Both the position numbers and the translations under genes were made by a program. Of a stretch of 42,628 nucleotides of DNA, positions 23,728 to 35,844 are shown piece by piece; positions within the stretch are counted from its first letter, which is position 1, and every line of letters begins with the position of its first letter. This stretch comes from Asterionella formosa. Taxonomy: Eukaryota. Under the pieces are notes generated by a model. It had not been told where the DNA came from. It did no database searches and was given only the letters and a program-made list of their open reading frames with translations. The stretch is taken from assembly GCA_002256025.1 (NCBI GenBank), contig NKIB01014556.1, positions 1 to 42,628 of the forward strand, read 5' to 3'.

Positions 23728-26700
23728 ATGGTTCGAACGACTGCTTGCAAGGAAGCAACCACATCCGCGGCGATGACATTTCACGATTCACAAGATAGAT
23801 CAGATCTTACGATTGACAAAGCAATTGAAGCAGCGAAACAATCAAATGCGACATTAGTGGCCTCGTTGTTGGGATGCAAGCGCTCCCTTGCCAGTGGACT
23901 CGACCAACCTTTGCATCAATCAACCAAGCTTGCTGCTACACTGTTGGATCGGAGCTCGGATCTACATGGTTGGAGGACTCTATTGTTGGTTCCTGCTTCC
24001 TATGACACCCCGTGGAGGGCTGCCTGTAAAATTGTGGAGGAATCATATGCAAGCAGAGACAACTGGACGGGCCTCGCGGAGATTCAGACTTTCTTGCAGG
24101 AAACATTTTCGAGTTGGTGGAAGTGCGAACGAGAGGCAAAGGTCATTCATCAGGGGGTATCTATTCAGTTGGACGTTGTTCCTCGTGAACTGGTTTTAAA
24201 ATTGGCGGATACGGTTCTAAAGCCGTTGTTGGAAACGGATAGCAATTTATGCGATCAACGTCGTCATTGGTTCGCTTCGTTAGACGTGATTACCACTATT
24301 GTTTCCCTGAGCCGGGAACTCGAGGGTGGCGATCTTGTTGAATTCGATTCCACAGTTGCTGGCACGGTATTAAGGAAAGTATTTAACTCCGGCATTCGCG
24401 ATGATTGCCTGTTGCCGTGGCTATCAATGGCGTCGGATCTCAAGCCGCTGTTGCGACCATGCGATTGGAACAGCCTTCAACTCAAGGTGGAATCCGCTTT
24501 GACTATCGTTCCGTGTAAAGTGCCTCTCTCGGATCTTCCTGGCATTGGTAGGTCGATCGCCTTGTTTCTGTCGAATTGCGACGACGGCGGGGATGAACTA
24601 TTTATCAGGTGGAGACAACTACTTCCCAAAGTTATTGCTGCAGCATCGAAAGATATACCAACATACTCAACTGTCGAGGCCATGCTAAGATCCTCTCTTT
24701 CTTCGTTCTCAACACATGACTTACATACATGGTGGAATTCCCTTCGTTCTGCCGACTGTGAGCATTGGGTTGCAGCCAATATACACCTTTTATTCCTCCA
24801 TGCCAGTCAACATTCTGGATCACGACTAGTATCTGCTTTACTATCCCAAGCACTGGTCAAGAATGGTGTCGACGACCTAGACTTGGCACCCAAATGTTGG
24901 GACTCTTTGGTCCGATTGCAAATTTCTGATCGACAAGTGGTAGCCAACATTGATTACGAAAAAACAATTCTGGAGGTACAGGAACTTCTCCGCGACATTT
25001 ATTATCATGGGGAAGGAGTATTCAAAAGACTTAATGGAACCCCAGAAAAAAATCTATCCACTAGCGTTATCTGTGAAAGTATATTTTTAGGAGATACGAA
25101 GCTTCAAAAGAGATCGCACCGACTTCATGCAACAGAACGCGGGCAACTTTGGGTAAATGCTGCAAACCAGGTACTTCAACGACAAGGAGAAAATTTGTCT
25201 GCATCTAATGGCAGCACAAATGAGGACGTTTTAATGGCTGTGCTAGTTATGGTAACAATTTTCTGCGAAATTCCAGAATCTCGATCATCACTGTTGAGGA
25301 CTTCAATACAGCGGTTGATAGGCGACCATAGTGAGGCAACACTCCACTGTATAACAATCAAGATGATAGTGCAATCATTTTGTCAGAACGGCCAAGAACT
25401 GGACATGCAAGTGGAAGATTTCAATCAGTTCGCAGATGCGTTTGTGCAACGATTGGATGAAAGGGTCTGTTTCGACCTTGCAACGGCTCTTTGCCCTTTA
25501 TGTACCATGCGGTCATCAATGCTATCCATCGCACGCAAGCTTTTTAATACGCCTATAGTTTGGTGGATGAAAGATGCAACCCGCGTTGCTCAGGAGGGAT
25601 ATGAAAAAATTAAATGTGCTCTCTTTATACTCAGCTGCTTAATGAACTACCACGACACGGACGGTCTTGAGGCACGGATCTTGATCTCTGACATGATTGT
25701 GCTCAACAAACCTGCCCTTCCTTTATCTGTCCGATCATGGTTTTTCAAATTGTTGACGTGTCGCGTCAAGAAATTCGAACTCTCAGTGTCAACTATTGGA
25801 TGCCTTTACCGTGCATGCCTTGCAAGGACCCTTTACTTTTTCGATGATCGAGCGAATGGAATTTTGTTTGTGCCGAGCCGCGTTTTTGTGGCCTGGGGTA
25901 GTGCTCCGGTACGCTCAAGTCAGCAAGAGAGCCTTTCTGACTTGCTACTTGTGATTCTGGCAATAGTTGGTCATGCCAACGAGCTGATACTGAACAAGCA
26001 TACGACGTTATATTGCGATTTCGTTGACGAAGTATTGTCAGGGTTATCGTCACTTCTTGTCGATTCAGTAGGCACGACATACCTCGATCGATGCTTTGAC
26101 TGGGATGATATTGAAAATAGCCACACAAATACCAAGGTAACATGTGCGTGTCTACTGGCAATCTACCGGGCATGTGTTTGCTCCAGTCAAGGGATAAAGA
26201 CACCATCGGTTAAATTCACAAGAGTATTGGGAAAAGAAAGTCACTTACGAATATGGCGATCTCGAATAGTAGACGAGGAGCGAGCACAATACCAAAAATA
26301 CTGTACTTTTCCCCAATGGGCGAGTATAGAACCTGATGAGGAGGAGATACGAACATGTGATGTTAACAAGCAAGAGATCGACTTGGTCTTTCAGTCGCTA
26401 TGCAACTTGTTTCTGGATTTAATTTTGAGTCCTTTGTGGGATTCGCTCGCTGGTGCTGCACGGACACATAATGCTGCTCATGCATGTAGTTTTGTCGTAA
26501 TGATAAAGCGGGCTTTCAACACCTCGCAACTGTCAATCACAAATGACGATTGGGTTGATGGAACCACAATGCCTCACACTATCCCAAAATTCATCAAGAT
26601 TTCCTACCTATTGTTTCAAAGTTTGCTTCATGAGAAGCGGTCAATTGAAGAAATTGAATGTGTCCTGACTGCAATTCTCGACAATTGCTTATTACTTGCT

Positions 26701-28506
26701 TGTGGATTTAAGTCTCGACGCCTCAACTTGACCCGCGATAACCTTGTGGAGATTTTGGATTCTGTTCTTGGCTTGTATAGGAGTTTGGGAAATGAGGATA
26801 ACACGATCAAATTGATTGCCTACTTGGATGAGAAATGCCTTAACGACGCAAACTATACTTGTACTGACGGTTTACTTCGCAAGATATGCACTTGCGACGA
26901 CGTTAACGAAGCAATCAGATTTATTCGGTGTTCGATATTGGATCTTTTGGTTTCTTGTTTGCAGAGATTTAACGACTTGACATTTGTTCTAGTCACGTCT
27001 ACTGAGATCGAAATCGGGATCTATAGGATGTTTTGCAGTGATCTGAGACAAGGCCTGGAGGGCCTTAGTGGGGGAATGACAGACAGAATGTATGTTCGAT
27101 TCCTAGACTGCATTGAGTTATCTTCGTCGATACTATCGAGGATTCATAATGACAGTGAAACGGTGGCCGATAGTAACTATGAATTAAGCGCATCAAAACA
27201 AGAAGGTGCAATACTATACGATATTCTTATCACCTTTCCCGTACGAAATAGAACTCTATTCAAGAAGACGCTGCAACTTGCTATGAACGGTTTGCACTTC
27301 CTTACACACTCTATCAAGTGGAAAGATCCAACTGCAGATGTTTACAAGTCATTTGACCTTGCCGTTGTTGTGATGCAACAATGTTTGCCTCTTTTGGAGA
27401 AGCTAAAGACAAGCGATACATCAAAATCTTGGGCCGTCATGGCTGGTCCTGATCACGTTTCTCTTGATATTGACTATCATGCGATAGAGTTAGATGATTC
27501 GTCGATAGATTCCGAACCCCCCGTCCAGACTATCCCCGCAGTAATAGCAATCTCGCGGTGGAAAGGCACGGACCATTACTCCAAGCAAAAGTCCCCAAGG
27601 AAGCTGCAGCTACCAACAAAGCAGCATTTATATTGGGCATTTGATACTGCTGTTGCTTCGATGGAGCTGACTTGCGACGAGACACTTGCCGTCATGCGAG
27701 ATTCACTGCACCAAAGCCACGTTTCCGATGTTCAAACTATATCACGGGGAAAGTTTTTGCATGCGACAGTGGCTTTTGTCGTCGCATTATTGAAACCAAA
27801 CATTGGAGTGGATTCCAGTCTTGCGAGCGCCTTACCCAAGTCATCAACATTGAAATTGTGTTCCCTGCTAGCCAAAATTTTCAACACTCTTCAGAGATCA
27901 TGCCAAATCATATTGGAGTACCTTGAAAAAGGTTTACCCTCTCAAACATTCATCGCCCTCACTCTGTTGGTTTCGTGGTGGAAGGGCTCCACGAAAAGTG
28001 ACAATGACCTGTTGAATCTGACTAGAGATTGGATGGACCATGCGAGAGAAAAGGTTCATGGCACCAAAGAAAGCAGAAACCAACAGGATGAGTCGGTGAT
28101 CTCTCGCGTACAAAGGATTACCCTGAAAATGGACGAGGTCGAGACAACGTTGGAGAAACTTACCTTCTTGCTACATCAAAGGCATAGCAAGGTGGTGATC
28201 CGAATTTCCACTCTCGACGATGCACTGACCGCCGTTGGTGACTCAGATTTGAAAGGAGCAGTGACCATGAATCAGTTGGTATATCATCTTATTGATAGAA
28301 TGAACACTGGACGGTTCGCCTCGTCTGAAAGTGTGGAAGGGACCGTTTCCCGGCGACCATCCGTTCTTAAGAAACGGAAGCGAAATGTTGGGCACCTGAG
28401 AAGTCGTAATAAGGTTGTTGATAATTGGCTTCACCTTGATCGAGCACTTGATGATAGCGATGATGATGCATATGTTGACCTCGAAGATTTCCTCGCGGAC
28501 GGATGA
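23728..28506 (+). CDS. 1592-aa helical-solenoid protein, putatively a divergent FANCI-like protein
   Basis: Uninterrupted 4.8-kb Leu-rich ORF, so coding status is near certain. The segments VPLSDLPGIGRSI, VTIFCEIPESRSSLLRTSIQRL, ALCPLCTMRSSMLSIARKLF, LSVRSWFF and QESLSDLL occur in the same order as FANCI motifs I recall. The confidence value refers to the product call. Confidence 0.5.
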   Translation: MVRTTACKEATTSAAMTFHDSQDRSDLTIDKAIEAAKQSNATLVASLLGCKRSLASGLDQPLHQSTKLAATLLDRSSDLHGWRTLLLVPASYDTPWRAACKIVEESYASRDNWTGLAEIQTFLQETFSSWWKCEREAKVIHQGVSIQLDVVPRELVLKLADTVLKPLLETDSNLCDQRRHWFASLDVITTIVSLSRELEGGDLVEFDSTVAGTVLRKVFNSGIRDDCLLPWLSMASDLKPLLRPCDWNSLQLKVESALTIVPCKVPLSDLPGIGRSIALFLSNCDDGGDELFIRWRQLLPKVIAAASKDIPTYSTVEAMLRSSLSSFSTHDLHTWWNSLRSADCEHWVAANIHLLFLHASQHSGSRLVSALLSQALVKNGVDDLDLAPKCWDSLVRLQISDRQVVANIDYEKTILEVQELLRDIYYHGEGVFKRLNGTPEKNLSTSVICESIFLGDTKLQKRSHRLHATERGQLWVNAANQVLQRQGENLSASNGSTNEDVLMAVLVMVTIFCEIPESRSSLLRTSIQRLIGDHSEATLHCITIKMIVQSFCQNGQELDMQVEDFNQFADAFVQRLDERVCFDLATALCPLCTMRSSMLSIARKLFNTPIVWWMKDATRVAQEGYEKIKCALFILSCLMNYHDTDGLEARILISDMIVLNKPALPLSVRSWFFKLLTCRVKKFELSVSTIGCLYRACLARTLYFFDDRANGILFVPSRVFVAWGSAPVRSSQQESLSDLLLVILAIVGHANELILNKHTTLYCDFVDEVLSGLSSLLVDSVGTTYLDRCFDWDDIENSHTNTKVTCACLLAIYRACVCSSQGIKTPSVKFTRVLGKESHLRIWRSRIVDEERAQYQKYCTFPQWASIEPDEEEIRTCDVNKQEIDLVFQSLCNLFLDLILSPLWDSLAGAARTHNAAHACSFVVMIKRAFNTSQLSITNDDWVDGTTMPHTIPKFIKISYLLFQSLLHEKRSIEEIECVLTAILDNCLLLACGFKSRRLNLTRDNLVEILDSVLGLYRSLGNEDNTIKLIAYLDEKCLNDANYTCTDGLLRKICTCDDVNEAIRFIRCSILDLLVSCLQRFNDLTFVLVTSTEIEIGIYRMFCSDLRQGLEGLSGGMTDRMYVRFLDCIELSSSILSRIHNDSETVADSNYELSASKQEGAILYDILITFPVRNRTLFKKTLQLAMNGLHFLTHSIKWKDPTADVYKSFDLAVVVMQQCLPLLEKLKTSDTSKSWAVMAGPDHVSLDIDYHAIELDDSSIDSEPPVQTIPAVIAISRWKGTDHYSKQKSPRKLQLPTKQHLYWAFDTAVASMELTCDETLAVMRDSLHQSHVSDVQTISRGKFLHATVAFVVALLKPNIGVDSSLASALPKSSTLKLCSLLAKIFNTLQRSCQIILEYLEKGLPSQTFIALTLLVSWWKGSTKSDNDLLNLTRDWMDHAREKVHGTKESRNQQDESVISRVQRITLKMDEVETTLEKLTFLLHQRHSKVVIRISTLDDALTAVGDSDLKGAVTMNQLVYHLIDRMNTGRFASSESVEGTVSRRPSVLKKRKRNVGHLRSRNKVVDNWLHLDRALDDSDDDAYVDLEDFLADG

Positions 28507-29068
28507 AAGTTTTTTGCAAGTACATGCTGCGTAATCGCGGTCGTGTTCGAGCTGCTTGAAGCCGCAATGTTAGTACCGGTAGTCGTTCCTCGCCAATCTA
28601 CGAATTGGCAGATGGATGGATGGAAGTTCGCTGTTTTCCAATCTGGGACGGGCGAATCATAACGGCGATTGAGTGGCGTTATAGCCACTTGTGCGCTTGG
28701 CGAGCTTCGTATGGACAGATTGAACAATGTTCCACTTCGAGATGGGAGTTGCTTGCTTCTTTCTTGAAATCATCTCCAGCAATGACCTGCGGTAGGATCA
28801 TCACCATAATATGATAATCAAAGCTATCGTAATTGTCGGATCATTGAGTTTGACCACGACCCCCTTATCTCCAAAAAAGGTTACAAACAAACGACCGAAT
28901 GTTTGAAAAAGGGTGCTGTAGTTTCTTCACTAGCAGTAAAGTACTGCGATTGGTTAGACTCGTACATGAAACAAATTTGAAAAAATCAGTATATTCCTAT
29001 GCTATTCGAGCATCATACCTATGAACGAAATAATAATGCTGCAGAAAAAAGGGCAACACATAGCTATA

Positions 29069-30407
29069 TTACTGTTCGTGCTTCGCATTTGGTTCATTTG
29101 ATAGCGTGTTGCTGTCTTCACCCTCCGCTACGATCATTGGAAAAGCTTTGGTTGACGTGCTCAGATGAGCCGCATTCATGGCTGAAACAGCCTGGGCCAG
29201 CAAGGCACTGACATCACCAGGTCGATCATTGAAGATCATAGTATTCGATTTCTGTCCCATATCTCCATACATAGTGACATACTCCTTGGACAATGCCAAC
29301 ATTGCAGCTTTAGCACCACCTGGATTTTCTAATTCCGCTGCTATCATTCGTAAGGCCTGCGCTTGAGCTCTAGCTGTCATGAGGATTGCTTCAGCTTGCC
29401 CTTCCGCTTCTCGCACCATCTTAATCTTCATAGCTTCTGCTTCATTTTTAACCTTGATTAAATTTCCTTCCGACTCATTTTGTAAGCTGATCTTTACTCC
29501 CTCAGATGTCAGCGTCACTCGTTGTTTGTCACCCTCAGCTCGTAGGACATGCTCACGTCGATCACGTTCGGCAGCAGCTTGCTTATCCATAGCCAGTCTA
29601 ATTTGAGGGTCTGGCATGATTTCGGTGATTTCGTACCGCTTAATTTCAAGACCCCAAGGGATGGCTACAACAACAATCAGTTGCGCGATGATTAAGTCAT
29701 CGTAAAAGTGAGTTCTACATGAGTTGTATCTGACACGCTACATGCAATACTATATTTGACGTACCGGCTTCTTGGAGGCCACCCTTGATCATGGCATTCA
29801 TTTGGGCACGCCCGTGCAGAATTTCGTCCAGTTCCATTTCTCCAATCGCCGAACGCATGGCCGATTGAGCATGCTAGAAGCATCATAAGTTTTTTTTCCA
29901 TCAAGCATTAGTCGCAAAATCAGTAAAGGTCTAGAATGCCCGGACTGCTGTCTGACGTTTCCTTACCTGAGTGACAGAATAAAGTGGATTAAAAGCTCCA
30001 TAAGCAGCACGTTCCGGATCTACAAACTGCACAAAGAGATTTCCAGAAACCTCTACTGACACATTATCTCTGGTAATAGCCGATTGCGGCGGAATGTCCA
30101 TGGCTCGTTCACGCACATCCACATCGTAACTGATCTGATCAACGAATGGAATGGCCAGAAACCAACCAGACTCTTCCACGGAATGCAGCTTTCCAAATCG
30201 TTCGACAACGTATTTGTGTCCCTCTGGCACAATGTTGAAGATAGTATTGGCTTTACGAATGGGCCACTGAGAAGCAGGAGGCGACGACCCAGGAAGGGCA
30301 TCGAGGATGTACGAAGAAAATGCAGCAACACTGGTCTGTTGAGTCAGACATGCGTGTGGCCTTGACATAGTCTGCGGAATCAACCGTCTTGACAACAATA
30401 CTGACAT
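29069..30407 (-). CDS. Stomatin-like protein 2 (SPFH/band 7), probably mitochondrial; exons 30407-29967, 29873-29765, 29664-29069, ~381 aa
   Basis: Arg/Ser-rich presequence, VVERFGK, IPPQSAITRDNV, AQSAMRSAIGEMELDEI, WGLEIKRYEI and QAAAERDRRE. Two GT-AG introns keep the frame. Confidence 0.95.
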
Positions 30408-30999
30408 TGTGCTAGCGTCTGTATTGATCGATAACGATAACTTCCTGAATGATAATGCCCGAATCTATTGTTAAACTGTAGATGATGGAACCAGGTTGAC
30501 AAATAATGCTCGTGCTTTGGGCAGAGGTATTAAGTGCGATGCATCCTGATTGTTACGTCTTCATACTTCCTAGTGCATCCTTGTCAGGAGCATACAATAG
30601 GTACTATTAGGTACTCCTCCCTACCTGGTACCTGGTACCTTACCAGGTACCTGGCCAGTTCTCTTCTTCCAACACCAGACACCGGCATGTGATGGTGAGT
30701 TGTACCTGGTACCTGGTACTGAATGATTAATTTACCTCTGGTGTGCTGCTGATATGTAATACCGGTATGCACTGGTACCAGGTACCAGTTACCGGTAATA
30801 AATACGGTACCAGGTACCTTCAGTATTTATACGCCGGTATACATGTATATATACACATATCATGGTGTGTTGTAGACTACTACATTTCTTGATGAATCCA
30901 TGTGCTAACACGGCATGTTGTTGTGTATTTATATCCTGTTATTGATATATATGTAATAGTCTATAAATATGATTTGCTATATATGATACATTCAAAGTC

Positions 31000-31510
31000 A
31001 ATGAAGAAGAGGAGGAGGAGGAGCAATTTGAGACAATGTTGGATTCACAGGAGGTCACTGGCAATACAAATACAAGTTGACTTGCTTACCTGGGAGAGTT
31101 TTGAGCAAGAAATGGAGTGGATAAAGATTCACAGGCTCATCAACAGAAGAAAACTGCTCAAGCGCACATTGATGCACACAGGAAAAAACTGTCTGCCGGA
31201 CTCTTTGTAGCTTCTGGGAATCATGCCCTTGGTCCTGTTGTAACACTTGCAAGGAACTGGGAAGGAAAAGGAAGCCAGACAAAACACAGAGTGAGAAACA
31301 AATTAAATGGCTACAAGAGTATATTACACTTTGCACCAAAATTTATGGCGCTATGCACAGAACAAAAGCCTTAGCACTTGCTTTCAGTAGCTGATCTAAA
31401 GGTACTGGTATGATGGTTCAGGCGCAATGGCAATGCATCAGCGCCACAAACATGACAAGTACGGCTGCTTACCAGGTTGTGTGCAACATCACACCACTGT
31501 GGTGACCAAC
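31000..31510 (+). pseudogene. Degenerate fragment resembling a DNA-transposase C-terminus
   Basis: RKKLSAGLFVASGNHALGP and LSVADLKVLV*WFRRNG fragments with stops. The family assignment is from memory only. Confidence 0.35.
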
Positions 31511-31813
31511 AGGCCCCAGCAATTTTAAGTAAATGTTACTTAAATTGTCACCAAAATGAGAAGCCAAAGTGGTATTTGACCTGAAACCAAATATTAATAC
31601 TGGAGTGTCATCGAAAACAGAACTTTTATTATGAGAATAAAACATCGAAAGGGATAATAAATAAAGGGTAGTAATCAGTAACGGACTAAAAATATTGTGG
31701 CATCAAAAGTTTTTGTCGCAAAAACATGGTAATCGAAAAAATGAAGATTGAAAACTCGTCTGTCTGTGAATAAAATTTTCATTAGATCTAACATTTTACT
31801 TAGCATATGTTCC

Positions 31814-32105
31814 AAAAGTTATTGATTAAGCTGAATTCTTATGATGTCGGGAATAATTTTGATAATATCAATAACTTTTCTTTGTTCGATCAATTAAATT
31901 CATATCTCAGGGTATGACTTTACACATATTTCTTTATGCATGTATAAAAACGTATTGTACATATGTACTAAAAGTTTTTGATTTATCAAAATTGTCGTTA
32001 TATTGGGAATAATTTTGATAAATGAACAACTTTTTCTGTTCGATAAATTGAATTTCTATCTCAGGTTATGACTTGACACAAGTCACCTCATGCATAAGTA
32101 AAAAC
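31814..32105. repeat. Two diverged ~157-bp tandem units containing a split palindrome
   Basis: AAAAGTT.TTGATT...GGGAATAATTTTGATAA...TGTTCGAT.AATT.AATT..TATCTCAGG.TATGACTT.ACACA at ~31814-31950 and ~31970-32105. Confidence 0.75.
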
Positions 32106-32259
32106 TTGTACCAGATGGTTACATACTAATTTTTGTGCATCATTCCGATTTGAACACTTCACATGTTTTAATGCATTTCATGTACTGGTACTTCTCTCTC
32201 CATTTGCATACCACTAATCGAATTTCTTTCCTGTTACTAAGCCATGTGCGCTCGTCGAT

Positions 32260-34130
32260 TCTCTCACGAGCTACCTTCTTGCAGGGAGACGACAAAGATC
32301 TTCGTCTTGTTACACATGAGATGGTCTCGATTTTTAAGGGGAATTATGCCAGCGAAGTCGGATTTTTGTAACACGAAAGCAAAAGCTTTGGTCAATTTAT
32401 AACGACAGAATCGGAGAACATTCCTTTGAAGGTCATGCCCGCTCACCATCCGAAATCAAGAAGAAAATTTTTAAATCATAATTCACAAACTTCGGACATG
32501 GGGTAATATTTCGAATCTGTTCTTCAAGATGAGGTGCGGATCAGAGCAAAGATGGACCAGATGGCAGCACAATTTGTTGCTCGTGGTCTTAATCATGAGC
32601 CTTCCATTCTCATTGACTCCATCACAAATCAGGGAGTAGCCGCATCACTTCAACAGATGAATCAATCAGGAAATAGCAGCTTCACGTGAATCATGAATAG
32701 AAGTGGTTTCGAAATGACAATCATACCTCTTATCAGCTTTGTATTATCCCATTGTTCTAAGAAATCTCCTTGCTGATTATAGGCACCATATAGTATGCAT
32801 GTCGTAACTTCATTGCCATATATGTTAATGCTATATTTATATAGCATATTATGTCCCACACATAGGTACCAGTGGTATTATGTACAAAATATATAAATGT
32901 ACCATTATTCATTCAATAGCAATGGCATACAGCAGCAACAAATGTCAAAATGAGTCCAATGATGTTGACAAACTTTTCCATTATTGGGGAGTTTTTAATA
33001 ATCCCTGTACATTTACCAATATTGTTCGTACCGGTATTGATACAGAGGAAAAGAAGAATAAGCTTCTTAGCACCATTTCGGCCACATTTGAAAAGAATCG
33101 TCAAAATTGGGAAGCATTCATTCCTGACCAGGCAATGGAATAATCATTCCATTCATTTGAAGTAACGATCAATGACGTCATGTGGTCTCTGTGTCTACAT
33201 CTACACAGTCTATTGAAAGCGAAATAGTTGCAAGGAAAGATCGTCGGGTTTGTGTGGTAGATCTTGTTTCTACCTCCGCAGAGTCTATCGATTCCGATTT
33301 GCTTGATGTCAGAAGTCTCCCCCTTCCAAAGCGAAAGGTAAATTAAAGGAAGCTCCAGACATCATTGTTACCGGTCTGGAATTATTTCATGATAACTTAT
33401 TTGAAATGAATTCAAAAGATTGCTCGTCAATACTGTATTTGCCCAGGTACAGAACGATATCATCAAAGTAATTATACCCTAAATAAATATGGTAAAGTTG
33501 TTTGAAAACAGGTTCGAGAAATGGAAATCAGGCAGGAAGATCAAATGTCAGGAGAGTTTTTTGAAAACAATTGATGAGAAACAAAGGTTCTGAGGTTATA
33601 CTGGCGGCGAGCCTCAATTTAAGATGACAGCTGGATGCAGAGGTAAAGCGCCTCTGAAATATTTTATGACCAAAGATACTGATTTAATGACTTAACAACA
33701 AACCAAGTATGGTGGATGGTCATGCGGTATCTTTACAAATTGTGACAATTACGCTACAATGGAAACACGGTGTTTATGGGGAAACGAAGTGAGTCCCGGT
33801 TAACAATTGATGGTTGGGATACATTCTCGGACATGAAATTTAATGGAGGTAATGAAAATGGATGGTCATTTCCTGGTCATACAGCTTTCGGAATCGAAGA
33901 TGCAGCAATGTTATATGTTCTCAAAAAAGTCATGGGTTGTTGTCTTGACAAAGTTGCAGCAATGGAGTTCAATCCTGAATTTGAGTTATCTCCGAAATTA
34001 ATTGCTGCCGAACTGATTTATCTTATTGAAATGGTTCAACATCCCGTATAATCATTCAATTGGCATGATGATAAAGAAATCTTGAATTTTGAAAAAGAAG
34101 TCGGACATGCTCTGATAATTGCTGAGGGCT
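32260..34130 (+). pseudogene. Heavily decayed AT-rich coding remnant, probably TE-derived
   Basis: Short broken frames (32880-33143, 33770-34051) and a GWSCGIF motif near 33715 reminiscent of the catalytic Cys of Ulp1/C48 proteases. Confidence 0.3.
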
Positions 34131-35844
34131 AGCAGATATTGAGACATTATTCTGTCTTTCTGGATGGCATGTTGGTTTCGATTAAAACAACTAAGAGAGA
34201 GAGAGAATAAGCGGTCAGATATAATCAATAAACAAAAATTAATTGAAAATAGATTTTGAATTCAATTGCAACAATTTCGCTGACTCTTTTCATCTCATCT
34301 TTAAGAAAAAATGTCAAAGTAAGAAATGACATATGTCAAAGTAAGAAATGATATGTGTCAAAGCAAATGGTATAATCAAACGTCACTACTGGAACTGGAG
34401 GGAAAGGAATTATTCAAGACGATCATATGCTCATTCTGTTGGAGGATGTGCAGTGGAAAGGATGTGTGACCACCAGCATCATTATTATATATATTAATAA
34501 ACAGCAATCCATTTAACTCGATTTGTGTTTATCAGTGATCGAGCATGATTCAAATAGTAAAGTTTCCTTAGATCTGTAGAAATAATTACGTTAGGTCAAA
34601 AGCTAAAATACTATTTGATCAAAGCACTCCAAATGTTAGATCAATAGATCAATAGACTTGATTGTTCTATCGTTAGATCGTAGATTGGAAAATCATTTCA
34701 TAACACAGTAACAGTGTTGTATTAACGACGATGACATTGTTTGATGAATGAGTTTAGAATGAATTGATGACATACATACATTCAATGTATAATACAAACG
34801 TTACACTAATTGATGCAACATTAAAAACTGTTTGATATAATAACAATATGTATATAACAATCATGCATATATATGTTTATGATCAAACATGCAAAAAGTT
34901 ATTGATCAATAACTTTTATGGATGGTCATTTAAAACCCCGGAATGCTGCCAAAATTTTGGGGCAGTCTATAATAAAGAAAAATGTTAGGCCTAACACTTT
35001 TTTCATTCACAGACGACGTCCTCATGTATGATTTAAAAACCATTATACTGTGGGTTATCATTATGAGGCAAATTGATGACATTAGAAGCTTCATATCTCA
35101 AGATATATTAACTTCACCCAAGTTTTTTTTAGACCTAGTGGTACCTGAGAGGGCGAGCTACATTAACCTTCGTACTTGCTTCAACATTACCATGCAATCG
35201 GACTGAAATAATTTGAGTCGTAACAAAAAAGGACAACTCTCAGTTTTTAGGTTGTACATGGTAGACTGGTACCGTGGTATTCCGGTACCAGTACCTACAC
35301 ATAATATTTAGGACCGGTATCATGAAGAAATCCTTTGTTTTTGCAGCAAGCTTGGTCGTCAGCCGTATACCTAAGCGTCTTGTGACGTCAGTGAGGTCAG
35401 GAAGCGAACTGAAGTGACGTCCTTCTTACGATTCAAATTGATGGCTGCTGCAGCTGGGCTGGGGATGATGTACGGTCCTACATATGGTATGGCTGTGCCC
35501 AAGGAAGATCTTGAATTCTTTGGTAAATGCATCGGCCACCAGTACCAGTGCAGGTACCCGGTTGGCATTATCTTCATTGTCATTACAACTGTAGCAGGTA
35601 CAAGGTACTATGTTTCAAGGTACCAGTATTATATATAAGCAAGTCAGTCAACGAATCTCAGCCATGTCAAACTCATTTTTGTAAAAATAGTTAACAAAAT
35701 TGTTGTTGTTGTTGTTCGTTGTTCTCATTTTGCCCCATTCCATTCTTTAGTACGTCCTATTACTCATTGATTCTGCTGCTACCAGCTTCCTCTCCTCTGC
35801 TCTACTCATTCTCTCATCAGCATCACCAACCGTGATTGAAAAGT

